Positions 37,801 to 52,800 are shown, counted from the first letter of the stretch. The stretch is 64,000 bases of DNA from Lytechinus pictus (GCF_037042905.1 NC_087245.1:22570001-22634000), one strand, 5' to 3'. Numbers and translations: made by a program. The notes: a model not told the origin generated them from the sequence alone.

Positions 37801-40800
37801 ATCCCATGGCAAAGCGGCGTCAAGCAAATTAAATATTTGTTTTACCATTTCAGAAGAGCTGGTGGAGGATGGAGACACTCTGTATCTTCTTGTGCACCTC
37901 AAGCAGGCCTTGCTTGCCCCTACCCAAGAGAGGGTGGAGTACCAGCCTCACTTTGACACCCTTATCAGGAGTGGAATGTATGAGTACTATGCCAGTGAAG
38001 GACAGAATCCATTACGTAAGAATGGGATTTCTTGTTTTTCATTTCAATTCAATCAGTTCTTTTATGCATTTAATTTAGATCACAAAGCATGTATAAAATG
38101 AATCTAGTGCAGAAAAGAAATAATAGAATGTATCATTATTATCATATTGCTGATGTACGAAATTATACAGTATGAAATAAAATTGGAAAAAACCACAACA
38201 AAACACATAGACCTTGATAATTCTTAATTCTTATTACAATTTCCTCACAGCTTTTGCAATAGCTGAACTGATAGACAACTCTCTTGCAGCCACAATGAAT
38301 AATGATGGACCCAGGTGCATAGAAATCAGATTGGTATGTGTTTGTCTGAAGTCATTGAAATTTATTTTCATTTTTGTAAATATCCCATGTTATTATTTCT
38401 GAAAGCAAGTTATATGGTAATGGAAACAGTCTTGTAGACTTTGACCATATTCACATTCACTTTCCTTGACAAGTACCTACTAAACAAAATCAGTTAAATG
38501 ATTGCTTAATTAACATTCGTGGGCAGAGTTATTAATGCATGTTTTTTGAGCAGCTCACTTTCACTGCCTGTTAAATGGCTCTTTATGATGAAATATATTG
38601 TTTTTACCTACATGTAGAAATGTGTATTAGATATTGTGTTTGATGAAATGCACAGGCGAAATCAGTTGAAACTTCCTGGGAAAATTGTACATTATCCAAT
38701 TCTTAGAATGAAACATGGAAAAGCTTTTTGCATGTGACATTACAAAATAAAAACTTTAAAAAGCCAAACTGGTTTATTGTCTAATGAAATATTGCCAAAC
38801 CTTCATTGATAATATTACTGAACATTTGATATAGGGCACTTAAGCTCCCTGTATTCTGTTTATAACTTAAACCTTGGTAACAAATTGAAATGGGTATAAT
38901 CATAATTGAATACAAATGTGATTTGGATTTATTATGAAAAATCATCTTAATAAAGAATTATGAAACAATTGATGCTAAAAGTCAAGTGATGTGTCTCTCA
39001 TTTGTCTTGACATCTGGATGGAATTCCCCTGTAATGATTTATTGAATTGTACTTTCTATTTCACTTTCAATCAGTACCTGGATGAAACGGGGGATAAGAG
39101 CACGGTCTGTGTCATTGACAATGGCAAGGGCATGACAACCAGAGAACTCAACAACTGGGCCATCTATCGTCTCTCAAAATTCAACCGAAAGAGGAGAAGA
39201 CATAAACATCAAGAGAATAACGGGTAACAATGCCTTATCAAACAACAATGTGTGGTTAAAGAAGGGTATCATGTGTTATGATTCTGTATTAGATTATTTC
39301 TCTGTCAGTCACCAGAGAATGGTACCAAAGCAAGAGAATGGTGGGTAGTAGCACATTATTATACAATGATTCATGAATAATTCATGTACATCATAGTATA
39401 TACATCATCTCGGATGATAATATTTGTAGTAAAGTACTCCTTTTGAATTTAATTCAACTGGAAGAGGAAAAGATCAAAACTAGAAAACAATTGGTAAGAT
39501 CACTTCATCAAACATTGATCCATGACTCAGAGCTTCCAAGTCTCCCGGATCCTGCGGGAGAATACTGGATTGCGATCCAATCTCCCGTTCTCCCGACCCC
39601 ATGCCAAAATCTCCCGGATAATCAGGATTTTTAGCTGTTAAATTGTAAAATTCATACAAACGACTGTTTAACGAGTCTAGCATGTTCAATTCCCTAACAC
39701 CCACGTGGAACCTCCTTATCACATTTTCATTTTACCCAGTAACTTCTACCAGTTTTTGTATAATCGTACATTGATTTCCCATGTAAATGAAGATAATTTT
39801 ACTGAACGACTGGTGAAGTAGTCTAACAAGCCATTTTATTTCCGGGTTCTGCAATGTATGATGAAAACTCTTCAGCGGTACTCTATGCACATGGCCCCCG
39901 ATGCGCCCCGGCGGCCGGGGCTAGCTCCAGCCGGCCGCGCTGCGCCAGGAAGCTCCGAGAAGGAAAGTTCACGAGCACTGCGAGGCATTTTTTCGTAAGC
40001 TTGCTTGCGCCTTATTCGAGCTGAAACTGTGGATCAACGATGGGATTAACAAGTGGATTACTTTTACACCTCGACTTTCAGTTTCAGGAATAATTTTATT
40101 GACAATCCTGAAAAATTAGAAGCAAAGTGGAGATTTTTCCGCCTACTTTCACTTGGGTTGATCGGATTCGAACATTTTCTCTTTCGTGAGTGAGCTAGCC
40201 TGGCGCTGGCTCAGTGGCTGGCTGAGCTGTGCGAAGCACGCCCCGTCCCGATTTATCCACACTACAATCGCATCGCCAGTGACCATGGAGATCATGGAGA
40301 TGAAGTCATCCAAGACCAAGACGACAAAATACTTGTCGAAGTATAAAGATACTTTTCAAGCAGAATGGGACTGTGTGACAGTTTTCACAGGAATCCCTCA
40401 GAGACTTTTAACAGTCCACATATTATAAAGCTCATTTACCATGTTTACCACTACTGCAGCCCCTTCCCCCTCTGGCCAATTAAAGGTATTTTCATGTTGA
40501 ATGCATTCTTTTATGAATTATTTAAAAAATCTACTGTTTTGCCTGAAGTGTATATTTAGTCAATGACAATTCATGAATTCTCTCTAATGTGCATTTCATC
40601 TATCGGAATTTTTTTTTTGATGGTTTAGACAGCTGTCGGTTACTATCAAATGTTGTTTCTTAATGTGTTTTGCTACCCAAAACTCCCATCCGTGGGACAA
40701 CGTTCCGCCGCTCCCTCACAAAATCATACCTCCGCGAAATCTACTGGATTCTATCATCCCAATGTTGGCAGCTCTGATGACTATTAGATTGTAGATATTA

Positions 40801-43800
40801 GATAGTAGATTGTACATGTATTAATTCAGTAGCAGAGTATTATTTTTTAACTTTGTGTCCGTTGTATGACAAAGTGTTGCTGGTCCATGCGTAGAGTCCC
40901 TGAGAAATGTCTCGATGTACATTTTCCAATGGCTGTAATATCACTGCATTACCCTAGTCCATATAAAAGTAGATTTCTGATGTTGTTTTCATGATATGGA
41001 TTCAATAATGGTTGCTTGATGAGGATTCGGTCAATCTAGGAGGCTGATTATGACCCAAATAGAAGTTCATGTGAAATTTGTATTCATACCATATCTATGA
41101 AAATTGCACAGTTTTGCACTAGCAGTGATTTTGTCCATTAATATAAATTACAATCATTTGTGTCTGAAAAATGTGAAAATACAACATTAGTTCTAAGTTA
41201 CAAGTTCTAAGTACTGAAATAAAAATAAGGCATATAAATTCTGCAGAGCTTCCAAGTCTCCCGGATCCTGCGGGAGAATACTGGATTGCGATCCAATCTC
41301 CCGTTCTCCCGACCCCATGCCAAAATCTCCCGGATAATCAGGATTTTAATCTGTTAAATTGTAAAATTCATACAAACGACTGTTTTACGAGTCTAGCATG
41401 TTCAACTCCCTTACACCCACGTGGAACCTCCTTATCACATTTTCATTTTACTCAGTAACTTTTACCAGTTTTTGTATAATCGTACGTTGATTTCCAATGT
41501 AAATGAAGATAATTTTACTGAACGACTGGTGAATTAGTCTAACAAGCCATTTTATTTCCGGGTTCTGCAATGTGTGTGATGGAAACACTTCAGCGGCACT
41601 CCATGCACATGCGCCCTGGCGCGGCCCTGCCTGGTCTCTGGCCGGCCGCGCTGCGCCAGGGGGCTACGAGAAGGGAGTCCACGAGCACTGCGAGGCATTT
41701 TTTGTAAGCTTGTGTGCGCTTTACTCGAGCTGAAACTGGATAAACGATGGGATTAACAAGTGGATTACTATTACACCCCGACTTTCAGGAATAATTTTAT
41801 TGACATTCCTGAAGAACAGAAGCAAAGTGGAGATTTTTTCGCCTACGGTACTTTCACTTGGGTTGATCGGATTCGAACATTTTCCCTTTCGTGAGTGAGC
41901 TAGCCTGGCCTGGCGCTGGCTGGCAGAGCTGTGCGAAGCACGCCCCGTCCCGATTTATCCACACTACAATCGCATCGTCAGTGACCATGGAGATCATGGA
42001 GATGGAGTCATCCAAGACCAAGACGACAAAATATTTTTTCGAAGTATAAAGATAATTTTCAAGTGGAATGGGACTGTGTGACAATTTTCACAGGAATCCC
42101 TCAGAGACTTTAAACAGGCCACATATAATTATAAGTCTTTACAGGGCCAGGCAAGCTCATTTACCATGTTTACCACTACTGCAGCCCCTTCCCCCTCTGA
42201 ATAAAGGTATTTTCATGTTGAATGCATTCTTTTATGAATTATTTTATGAATTATTTAAAAAAAATACTGTATTGCCTGAAATATATATTTAGTCAATGAC
42301 AATTCATGAAATCTCTCTAATGTGCATTTATCTATCTGCAAAATGTTTTGATGGTTTAGACAGCTGTCAGTTACTATCAAATGTTGTTTCTTAATGTGTT
42401 TTGCTACCCAAAACTCCCATCCGTAGGACAACCTTCCGCCGCTCCCTCACAAAATTATACCTCCGCGAAATCTACTGGATTCTATCTTCCCAATGTTGGC
42501 AGCTCTGAATTCTGTTATCCATTATTTCTATTTATTTCATTACAGTGATGAAGACAGAGAGATTCCAAAATCTCTAAACAGTGACATCTCATACTTTGGA
42601 GTTGGAGGAAAGCAAGCGGTGTTTTTCATTGGTGATTCAACAAGGGTGAGTGAGGGAATCATTCATGACACTTTATTGAATGTACTCTACATTGGATACA
42701 TTGGATGGTATTGTATGCTTTTCATCTCTTTCAATCTAATCCAATCTAATCTAATATAATTGTATGCCTCTTTTCTTACAGATGATCAGCAAACCTAAGG
42801 ATTCAAAGGATGTTCATGAGATGACCGTATCAAAAGACGAGTTTGAGAGGAGAGAGAAATGCAAAGAAGACATCTACAAGGGCATCATCCATAACAGACA
42901 GGTGAGTGGTAGTTTCAAGTCATTTGTCCAGGAGGCATTAAGTGCACAGACCAGTCACCTGACAAAGTGCTATGCTTATTATTGGTTATTTATCATTTTC
43001 TACCAGAGTCATTTCTCGCATAGGCCTAATATGTTTGTATGCATACAAGCGTTTATTGATTTTGTTGGATTCTGTTCAAATTCATTATGTGATCATTACC
43101 ACAATTTTCAATCTTGTTTATCGATATCTTGCTATTCCCTCTTGAAGCCTGGTGAAGGTAGCCATTTGCCACCTGAGGATGAGATCCTACACAGTCTGAT
43201 CAAGGAAGAGGAAGGCAAGGAGAACTTCACCCATGTCGTCATCACTAGTGTCAAGTCACAACACATCAAGTTCCTCAAGGAGGACTTCACCAGGTGGAGC
43301 AGGCAACTAGCGTAAGTATCCCTTCTTTCTTTCCAAGAACTCTTTCCTTTTCCCCTTCTTTTTCTCTTTGTGGCAGTGTTTCCCTTCTTCCCATGCAGTG
43401 TTCAAATTTGGAACCACTCACCAGGATCTGCTGTAGAGAGGCTGCTGTGCTAGTCATCCGTGTGATGCATCCTCCTGTTAAGTCTTTTGGCCCATATTTT
43501 GAACTAGGATTAATCATAATTGTCCGGGAATAATAACTTAAATAGTTTTCTTTATTGTAAAAGCATGAGGTTAAAGCACAATAGACATAATAACACATAC
43601 ACTGTAAACCAGTTTTAATGTTTGATTGCTATATCTTGTTATCATTGTTTTGTTATATTTTATATTTTGTAAATCCAATGCAAATCAGCCTAATAAAACC
43701 ATAAACCAAACCAAATTTTGATATTTTTGGCTTCTTATAACTCTAGCACAGAGTTAGATCATGGGCTAAAATTAAAATACTCTGTACTTAACATTACAGG

Positions 43801-46800
43801 CGTTAGTTTTTGTAAAGGTAAAAACCTGTATGTTATTTGATAGCTACTGGTTGCATGTTTTAACTCGAAATAATTTGGCTCTTTTTCCCTCAATATTATT
43901 CCAGACACATCTATCACTACTACATCCATGGACCATCAGGCAATCAGTCCCACCTGTCCAACTCCATGTTTCGTACACCGAGCCCTTACAAGAACATTGA
44001 CATTAGCATCACCATGTACAAGAAGGGCCATACCCCACGCCAGCTCAACCTCAGAGACATTGAAGATGATCATCAGTCTAACTTCATCAGGTCAGCCAAG
44101 GACACCTTTGAATTCCGTGTATTGGTTGAAGGAACTGGTCTGGTAGAGGGCGTGCTTCGATATCATCCATTTCTCTTCGACAGAGAGTCCTTTCCTGTGG
44201 ACTATGGTTTAGGTAAGGGGGAAATATATTTATATGTGTGTATAATTGAACAATATATCAGGGCCTGACCTTTACTTTTTTCTTAGGGAGCCAGCCGGGC
44301 TCCTCAAGCACTTTTTTAGGGAGCCCGCATGGGTTTTAAGGAGCCCAAGTTTATCCCTTTTTTTTGCATAATACTGGTCATTACCTATTAAAATATTAAA
44401 GCACACCATCACGATACGTTTTTTGTTTAATAATCATCAGCACCAGTTGTATTTATTCAGGGTAAATCAGATTTTGACACCCCAACACACTTAGACACCG
44501 GTCACAAACACATAAGTCAATGACTTTTTTTTTTTCATTTTTAATGCCCCCCCCCTCAAAAAAAAATTAAATTAAAAAAAGGAAATAAATTAAATACATA
44601 AACAAAATTGATTTTTTTTCATGCTGAATCATGGATGTGGGTTGGTGTGTGTTTGTGTGGGTGTGACTGTGCGGTGGACTTGGATATACATGTATATGTT
44701 AAAGAAATTAATTCATCATCTAATTTCTACTCCAAATATTGTGTTTATATCAGTACAAAAACCACACAGGCTAAGTATGTCACATGTAGGCACATGTTAC
44801 ATGTACATGCATGTATACCCTAACTTTTCCTGCAGTTCTTTGAAAACGCAGATCTCCACGAAAATTGCATTTTTCTATGGGGGAGTCTAAATTTGGTGAA
44901 AAAGTATTCATCAATAACTTAAATATATATCACAATGAAGAAACCATCCAACTTTATTGGTAGTTTTAAAAAAAAACCTGAAATGTAAACTCTATCTGAA
45001 ACAGAAAATCACCATCATTGAGGCCTTTACTGACCGAATTGTCCCCCAGAGCTCAGGCAGAGAGAGAGAGCTCCGACTTGCACAAGTGTCAGTGCGTGCG
45101 TGAGTAAAATCCGGTGGCCTCCTAAAATCAGATGTTGCCATGTTTGATGATTTACTGTCTGATATTTACCCCCTCCCTTGAAAAAATGAAACAAATGATT
45201 TTTCAGGAATAATTCACTACCGAGGTGAGTTATTTTGGATGTTAATAGGCGCCCTTTTGACAAGCAGAGCCGAAGTCTACATGACACAGAATCGTGATAT
45301 CTCTAAGGGAAATGTGTGCATTGAAAATTACACACGGCGTAAATGATAATGGACCCCTGTACATGCAACTGTTTCTCGCACCGGTGTAGCCCGATTCTTT
45401 TTTCCATAGGTACCATGTGTGTGGAAAAACGTGGTACAGAAAAAAAGACGCAGCTAAGCAATTTGGAACTCGCTATTTTCGCTATTTTCAAGGTTTTTTA
45501 TGATTTTGAAAACATAATTTAGACTTACAAAGCGTGGATTAGTGTGCTGGTAAGAAATTGCTTTTTTGGTGGCTGGTACTAGAAAATCTTAGGGAGCCCA
45601 CCGGGCTTTTTCAATTACTTTCTAAGGAGCCCGCAGAGGTTTTAGGGAGCCTTTTGCCACCGGGCTCCCGCTAAAATCGAGCCCTGTATATGATTTGGAA
45701 TGAATTATAGATCTGGAATATGTTGGAATAAAAAAAAAGCTATATGCTCTTTACAATTAGTTAATCAAAAATTGATTTCTTTATGGCTTCATATTGGTGT
45801 TTTTTGCGGAAAAATAAACACATTATTAAATTAGAGCTTGAAATTTACTTGACATGTTTTACTATATACTATCTTTCTTTAGCTGTTCAGGAAGTTGACG
45901 ACGAGAGTGATGTCAAAAGAGATCGACCTGCGAGGGGTAACAAAGCCATCTTTGAGTGCTACTGGAATGGAAGACTCATTCCATATACACTTGTCCAAGA
46001 GTAAGTAGATATATTTAGCAAAATCCATTATTACATATCGTATGTGAAAAGAGTGCATGAGCGGAAAAAAGTTGAGAATAGAATTAAAATTTTTCATCTG
46101 TAGTTTCAGACCAATTTCTCTAACTGATTGGTAAACTTGAAACAACTTATTTTTTTTTCTCATGTTCTATATTCAGCAAGTCTTATAGCGTAGTTATAAT
46201 CTTCATTTTTTTTCGGAGGGGGGGGGGGGTAGGGAGAAGGGAAAGTGTTACAGTAAAAGGAATGTGCAGGTTAGTCCTGTTCTTGTTACTATGGAAAATT
46301 GTATATTTTGTGGACTCTCTGTAGTTATCATCAATGAAAGGCATTCTTCACGCTCCAGTGTGTATGTAGCAGAAATCGTTTAATTCGATCTGTGCTGTTT
46401 GATTCATCTAGCTTTGACTGGTGCAGCGTGCCAAAGAGGCGACTCAGCATTCCTGTCGAGTGCTACAACAGGGTGTCTGGCGCCCTCTTTGCCAACAACA
46501 AGTTTGAGGTCAGCACAAACAAGCTGACCTTCATTGACCTTGAGCTGAAGCTAAAAGATAAGAGTGCTGTCTTTCAGAGAGTGGTAGGGGGTCAGGTAAG
46601 AAAATAAAAACAATCTTTGTAGAATTGTCTTTAATGACTTCTGTAGGTAAACCAATATCAGAGCCCTTTAACATTTTGGTTATTGTTATTCTGTTTAAAA
46701 GACTATTCATGAAATAATCGTATTTTATTTTTCGTATTTTAAATTGATGACAAGTTTTCTTGTCATGGGCCCCAGGTTGGTGATAATCTCAGAGGTGTGT

Positions 46801-49800
46801 GTGTTTGAGTTTTGTCAGACGTGTATCAATCAGATATGATTATTTACGTCTGGGACCGACCTTTAACGTCACCATCCGAAAGACGTGACCAGGGCTCGAA
46901 CCTCTGCATCAATTTGTAACTTCCCCGCATAGCTTGGATTACAGGCGCACGCCACAACGCCCAGGGATTCATTGTAGATATATTATACATATATACATGT
47001 TACAGAGGTATTGTTATGCGGTGAATGTGTTAGCATGCAGGTTAATGGTTCATTGGATGTTGTTAAAGGAGAATGAAACCCTTGAAACAAGTTGAATCCA
47101 TATAAAAAAGAAAAATCAAAGAAACATATTGTTGAAAGTTTGAGGAAGATTGAATGAATAATAAGAAAGTTATGAGCATTTGAATATTGAGATCACTAAT
47201 GCCATGTACATCCTCCTATTGGCAATGCGACCAAGATCTGTGATGTCACACACGTACAACTCCCTCATTGCTTTAGTACTTATTTCACTTACATTCTCAC
47301 TTTTATAGAATCTATCACAAGGTGAGGTGTTCTCTTTATGAGAGGACAAGTACAGAGGTTTCACAACATTGTATCATTGATGAATCGTTTGTCATATGAT
47401 TAGAAAGAGCAAAAAGAGATGTTTTGGGGTATATTTTCAGTGTCCAAAAGGGGAGAGTTGTTCATCTGTGATATCATAGATCTTGGTTGCGTTGCCAATT
47501 GGAGGATCTCCATAGCATTAGTGATCTCGACATTCAAATGCTCATAACTCTTCTATTGCTAGTCCTATTTTACTCAAACTTTTGTTGATCTTATTCTTTG
47601 ATTTTTCTGCTTTCACAAAAGCTAACTTGCTCCAAGAGTTTCATTCTCCTTTAATTTTGACAAGACATTAATCTAGATTTTCCACTCTTTTCCGAGGTTT
47701 TAAATGAGGATATTTGAACTAAGTAAATGTGGAGATGATTTGAAACAAGTTAGACAGGCTTCAATTCAGATATTTTTTAATTATCTCAAAGTGATTTATA
47801 ATTGATGCAAATTTAACAGTACGAGCATGTTCATTGTCTTGATATCCAGCCCCAGAGAGTCAAGATCGACAAACAGTTCACAGAGTGGCTGCATGAGTGT
47901 CATGAGAACCTTGACAAACAGGTCTGTTTCAGAGACTATGTGGGTAACATCATGAGGCATGAACTACCCAAGAAACAGCAAGGACCGTGGGCTGTCTTTG
48001 AGACGGTGGAGTGGGACGGAAAGACATATTCCACAGGACAGCAGGTATGATTGAAAATAGTAAAGATGGGATAGTGGAGATGATATACTGTGATGGACAT
48101 GAATTAAAGTTCCCATTTCATTTTTTTTGGGGCCAGACATTTAACTCTCTCCAAAAATAACATGGTCTGTAATCTGTATTGAAATTAGAGGAAGCAGAGG
48201 AATGAGTAGTTTCCTTGTGTATATTTATGAGTGAAATATGAATAAATGCATTTTCCAAATTTCACTAAATTTATTGTTGTGTTAATTTGATGATTTATGA
48301 GCATTTAGTTTAATTCCTTGTAAGCATTTTGCAGGTGTTGTATATGCCAGATATAGAAGTTGTAAAATTATCTAATATGAGATGATGGATTGTGAAAAGT
48401 AGATGATTGAGATATTTATCCAATATCTAGCTGAAGTAGTTTGTAATTCAGGTTTTAAATCTGGTATTGTCCTTGATTACCTCACACTCAAAAAGATTGT
48501 TCTAATCCTTTCCATCCATTTTGCTCTATCTGGTGTGTCCTCCTTCGTTCCTGCCCCCCTCCACTACTTGCTTCCTTTTCTCCTTCGGTTTCCTTCCCCT
48601 GTAACCGTCTGCCCAAATTTAAATTGCTATCACATTGAACAACAGCTTCAGTAATAGACTACAAGAAGAAGTTTGTAATTGACTAAGTGATTTGTATTAG
48701 TACGTTTTGAAATTACTATTGTTGTGCTAGGTACGAGTCTTGAGGACAAGTCCAATTCTTCATGGATCGATACAGCGCTTCATGTTGTTTGGGGACTTTG
48801 AGAATGAGATCCAGAATGGGACATTGTTTGCAACAGGAGGAGAATTTGAAATTGTACAGGTATGATGCTCCAAGAATCATTTATATTTGTCTTGATTTGA
48901 GATTATTTTGTTTGTAAATAAGAGGTGTAAAAATCAGTATGTCACTGTTGCTGTATGAAGCATTGTTTAGATAAGTATGGAGTGCTAGTCATGCCAAATC
49001 TGATTGGTATTTTTCTATAAAAAGAACCCACTAGGAATCAGCCTGAACTTGGTTCACAGAGGTATGGAAGGCCAAGTGTCAGTTTTAAATATTTAGTGAG
49101 AACATAAAGATTTAAAAAGAAAGGTTTATAAGGAATGCAGAGTTGATTTCAATATCCATTTCCTTTACATTTTATTTGACAGGAACCAAGGCTATTGTAC
49201 AATGAAACAAAGATCTACCCCCTAAGTAAACTGGACAGGACAGCGGATGTGAGGCAGATTAAGAAACACATTGATGATGAAGAAGGAAAGTAAGTCCTTA
49301 TAATGATTGATAAATCACTTTATTTCATTCATTCATCATAAAATACATTAACAAGATAACATACAAAACTGGATACATCAAAATTTAACACATTACTGTA
49401 TAAGGTGTTATTTTCGAGAGGGTTTTATTTTCACAAATTTCGAGAATTGCCTGAACAGCCGCAAATTTAACAACATGCAAAAATATTGACACATGGAAAT
49501 GAGACTGAAATTATGAAATTAAGATTGTATGATGAACTTTTATTCCCAGACTTCCAGGAGTTCTTGTCATCTCATGGCCTGAAGCAAATGAGGTCCATGC
49601 AGGAGAAAAACGACCAGCTGGGAAACTAATAGGTTAGTGCTGAGAGAAATGGTGGAAAAATAAAAAAATGTAGATGGAAGTTTATTTGTTGTTAAAAGAA
49701 AAAGTAGTTGTTGCACATCTCTTAATTCCCCACTGAAGGTGGTTGTTGGAGGAATATTATTTTTTCATGATGCATTCAAAAGTCGTATTAGAGTTAAGTT

Positions 49801-52800
49801 ATCAAATTATTCAGGGGTAAACACATGTTATTTCTTGTAGTGTTCCTAAGTTAAAGGACATTTGTTTGACATTTTTAGTTTTTATACCATAGAATTAACA
49901 CATGTTTCAAAGAGATTATGAAGTTGTTCACAAGTAACATGCAAAAAGAAAAATGACACCACCCTTCCCCCCAAAAAAAAAACCACATACAAGAAAAAGA
50001 ACAGCACACACCAGCAATATATTTGTGATACTTTTATCATTTTGGAGATGGTATGGAGATGTAACAAGGGCATTTGACATGATTTAGTACAAATATTACT
50101 TGGTTTACATAGTTGTTGAGACTTGAAGCATAAAGCATATGAGCCCACCTTGATAATTGCGATGCTATTTATTTGATGACTTGTACTTTTTCCTATATTT
50201 TATTATTTATATTAGTCTTTCATTAACTTGTTTGTTTCATGTACTTTTTTGTGTCTAAAGGTGCAATCAAAGCTGAGATCCATAATAGGAAAGGTCAATC
50301 CATGTCAAGGCTTCCTGGAGCTCAGCATAACTCTAAGAAACTCATGGTGGAAATGAAGATCATCTGGCATTGTGAGTAAGACATAATCAAAACCCTAAAC
50401 CCTATTTAGTGAGTGTCATATCTTCCACTGAGCATGGTTGAATCAGTCATATTATTGACCAATACTTGGGGACCCATTGTGTACGTTGTCAGCATATCAG
50501 CCTGGTGATGTATTTGAGTCAGCAGGGCTCAAACTATGCATGATACTCTGTGCAAACTCTTGCCTTAAACCGGTTGTATGTCTAATTTGCCATTTTCCAT
50601 CCCAATTTAGGCTGCCTTACAGTCAAACCAATGAACTCCAAACCATCCTGTGGTGTATCATTTGAAATACCTTAATAAATTTGGTTGGTTTGAAGTTCAT
50701 TCCCCTATGTGGCATTACTGTAAAGAAAGGCTATGGATGGGATTGCATTCAAGGGTAAAAGTTCAGGGACCGATTGCATAATACTTGTAATGAATGGTAA
50801 CTTTAGTGTCAATGGTAACTGTCATGGTAACATTGCTCAATAGCCAATCAAAGATTTCCTCTGTAACTGTGATTGATTGTAATCGTTGATGCTAAGTCGG
50901 TGTGGTCTAGGTATTGAACAGTGTTAGTGATAATTATGAAGCAATTGTTTGTTTTCCATTCATACAGCCAGCAGTGGTGACAAGGTGATAGTAACCCACA
51001 TGAGTCAACATCACAAGACATGGGCATTCTGGTTTAGGCAGATGGGTAAGACAATCATATTCAGATGATATAAATGTATATCATGAATTATCAGGTTTTT
51101 TTATAAGGCATGTTATACAGCAAGATGAATATTTCTTTTAAAATCACATCTTTAATTTTATTCAAGATGTTGGTTATTTATTCAAAGATTGTGCATGATG
51201 ATGATTATTCATTATCGTGTTTTATTCTTTCAATATGAAAGTAGACTTTGTCCTTTGGTTTTGGCATAGTCATAGATTTGCGTGATTTTATTTTAACTGT
51301 GTATATGTAACTTATATACCTTGAAGATAATGAGTGATATTTAAAAGATTAAAATGGAACTTGGTTTGTCAATTTTCTTTAGATATTGTAAGGAACCTTG
51401 GCCCCCATACCCTGATACTGCAGGCAGTCCTCGGGGAGGAAGGAGCCACTGACTTTGGAGGTCACCCACTACCAAGTCACAAGATCAAGTTCACAAGTAC
51501 AGGTGAGTCTCAAGATTGGTTTTGCTTGTCATACTATCATTTGTTCTAGCCACAAAGGGTATAGCAGAGATGCCAACCCTCCCGATTTCCCGCCCTTACG
51601 ATTACCATCCTTATCCTCCCGAAATTACGATTTTTTTGCATTGATTGGAAGTACATGTATCGTCTGCTAACTTTAGCATGTAGTAACTCCATTATGTTCG
51701 CTGCTATTAAATTCTGTGTGAAAGGCAGACAAATAAGGTGCAGCGAAAAGCTGGTGCATGTGATATGCCCAACGGGATTTGTCGAGTCGTGCGGTGGAAT
51801 ATCGGTGTGTGATTTCGGCATATTGATGGGTTGATATTGACACGAAATGGCGGAAAATCAACAAAAGAAGACCAAGAAATGGTCTCAGAAGTATAAGACT
51901 GAATACAGTCTCCAGTACCCGTGTATTCGGAAGTTGGAAAGAGGAATTTACCATGCATTTTGCACAATTTGCAGCGTGGACATTTCAGTTGAGCACGGAG
52001 GTCGTGATGATATTCGTAGGGAGCAAACGGCATACAGACATTGCGAAGACGAGATCTTCGAGCCCCACTAGTACCCTGTTGACTTATTTCACCAAGCAAG
52101 GGACCAGCGAGGAGGAAGACGTTACCCGCGCCGAGCTTTTCCTTACTGGATTTATAGTTGAACATAACCTGCCTATACATGTAAAAATGCATATTTGATA
52201 TTTTTCTTTAATTTTTATGTTAAAAAGTGGGAACAATGTTTTTTTAAAAACATGTGAAATGCTCCAAAATAAGGGTCAGATTGCACCAGAGAGCATCTAG
52301 AAACCCAGAGCTTCCAGGGCCCTAAGGCGGGCCCTGGAACCCTGGCCGCAAGGGTCGAGCGCTCTGCGCTCGAGATGTGCGCTATGCGCACATAATTTGG
52401 TGTCGGTTGCAAATCCTCCCTAAATCTGATTTCCAAAAGTTGGCATCTCTGGTATAGTCACATAACTTACAAGCAAGTGCCAATATATTCCTATTTACTT
52501 CCAAGCACAACTAATACTAAAAAAATTGAAAGATTGTATCCATTTTGGTTTTGCTACATATCATTATAAGTGATCATGAAGTGGCTCTGATGTAATTGGT
52601 CAATTTGTCACTTGGCATTGAACGAGTTTGCAAAGTTCATCAGCACTAAAATGACAGAAGTGAAGAAATAAAGATTGTTTATTTCTTCAAAACTAAAATG
52701 TACTGTCAGTTTTTGTCTCACCTGCATAGCAGAGTGAGACTATAGGCGCCGCTTTTCCGACGGCGGCGGCGTCAACACCAAATCTTAACCTGAGGTTAAG

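Noticed and set aside
46852..46890. Hammerhead or HDV ribozyme in the SINE core
   Set aside because: No CUGAUGA/GAAA catalytic core or nested double pseudoknot could be laid out; the sequence fits a Deu/Nin-like SINE core better.
46924..46965. Human Alu contamination or a true 7SL gene
   Set aside because: Only the first ~42 nt resemble 7SL with ~24% mismatch, there is no S domain or poly(A) Alu body, and the rest is shared with a second local copy.
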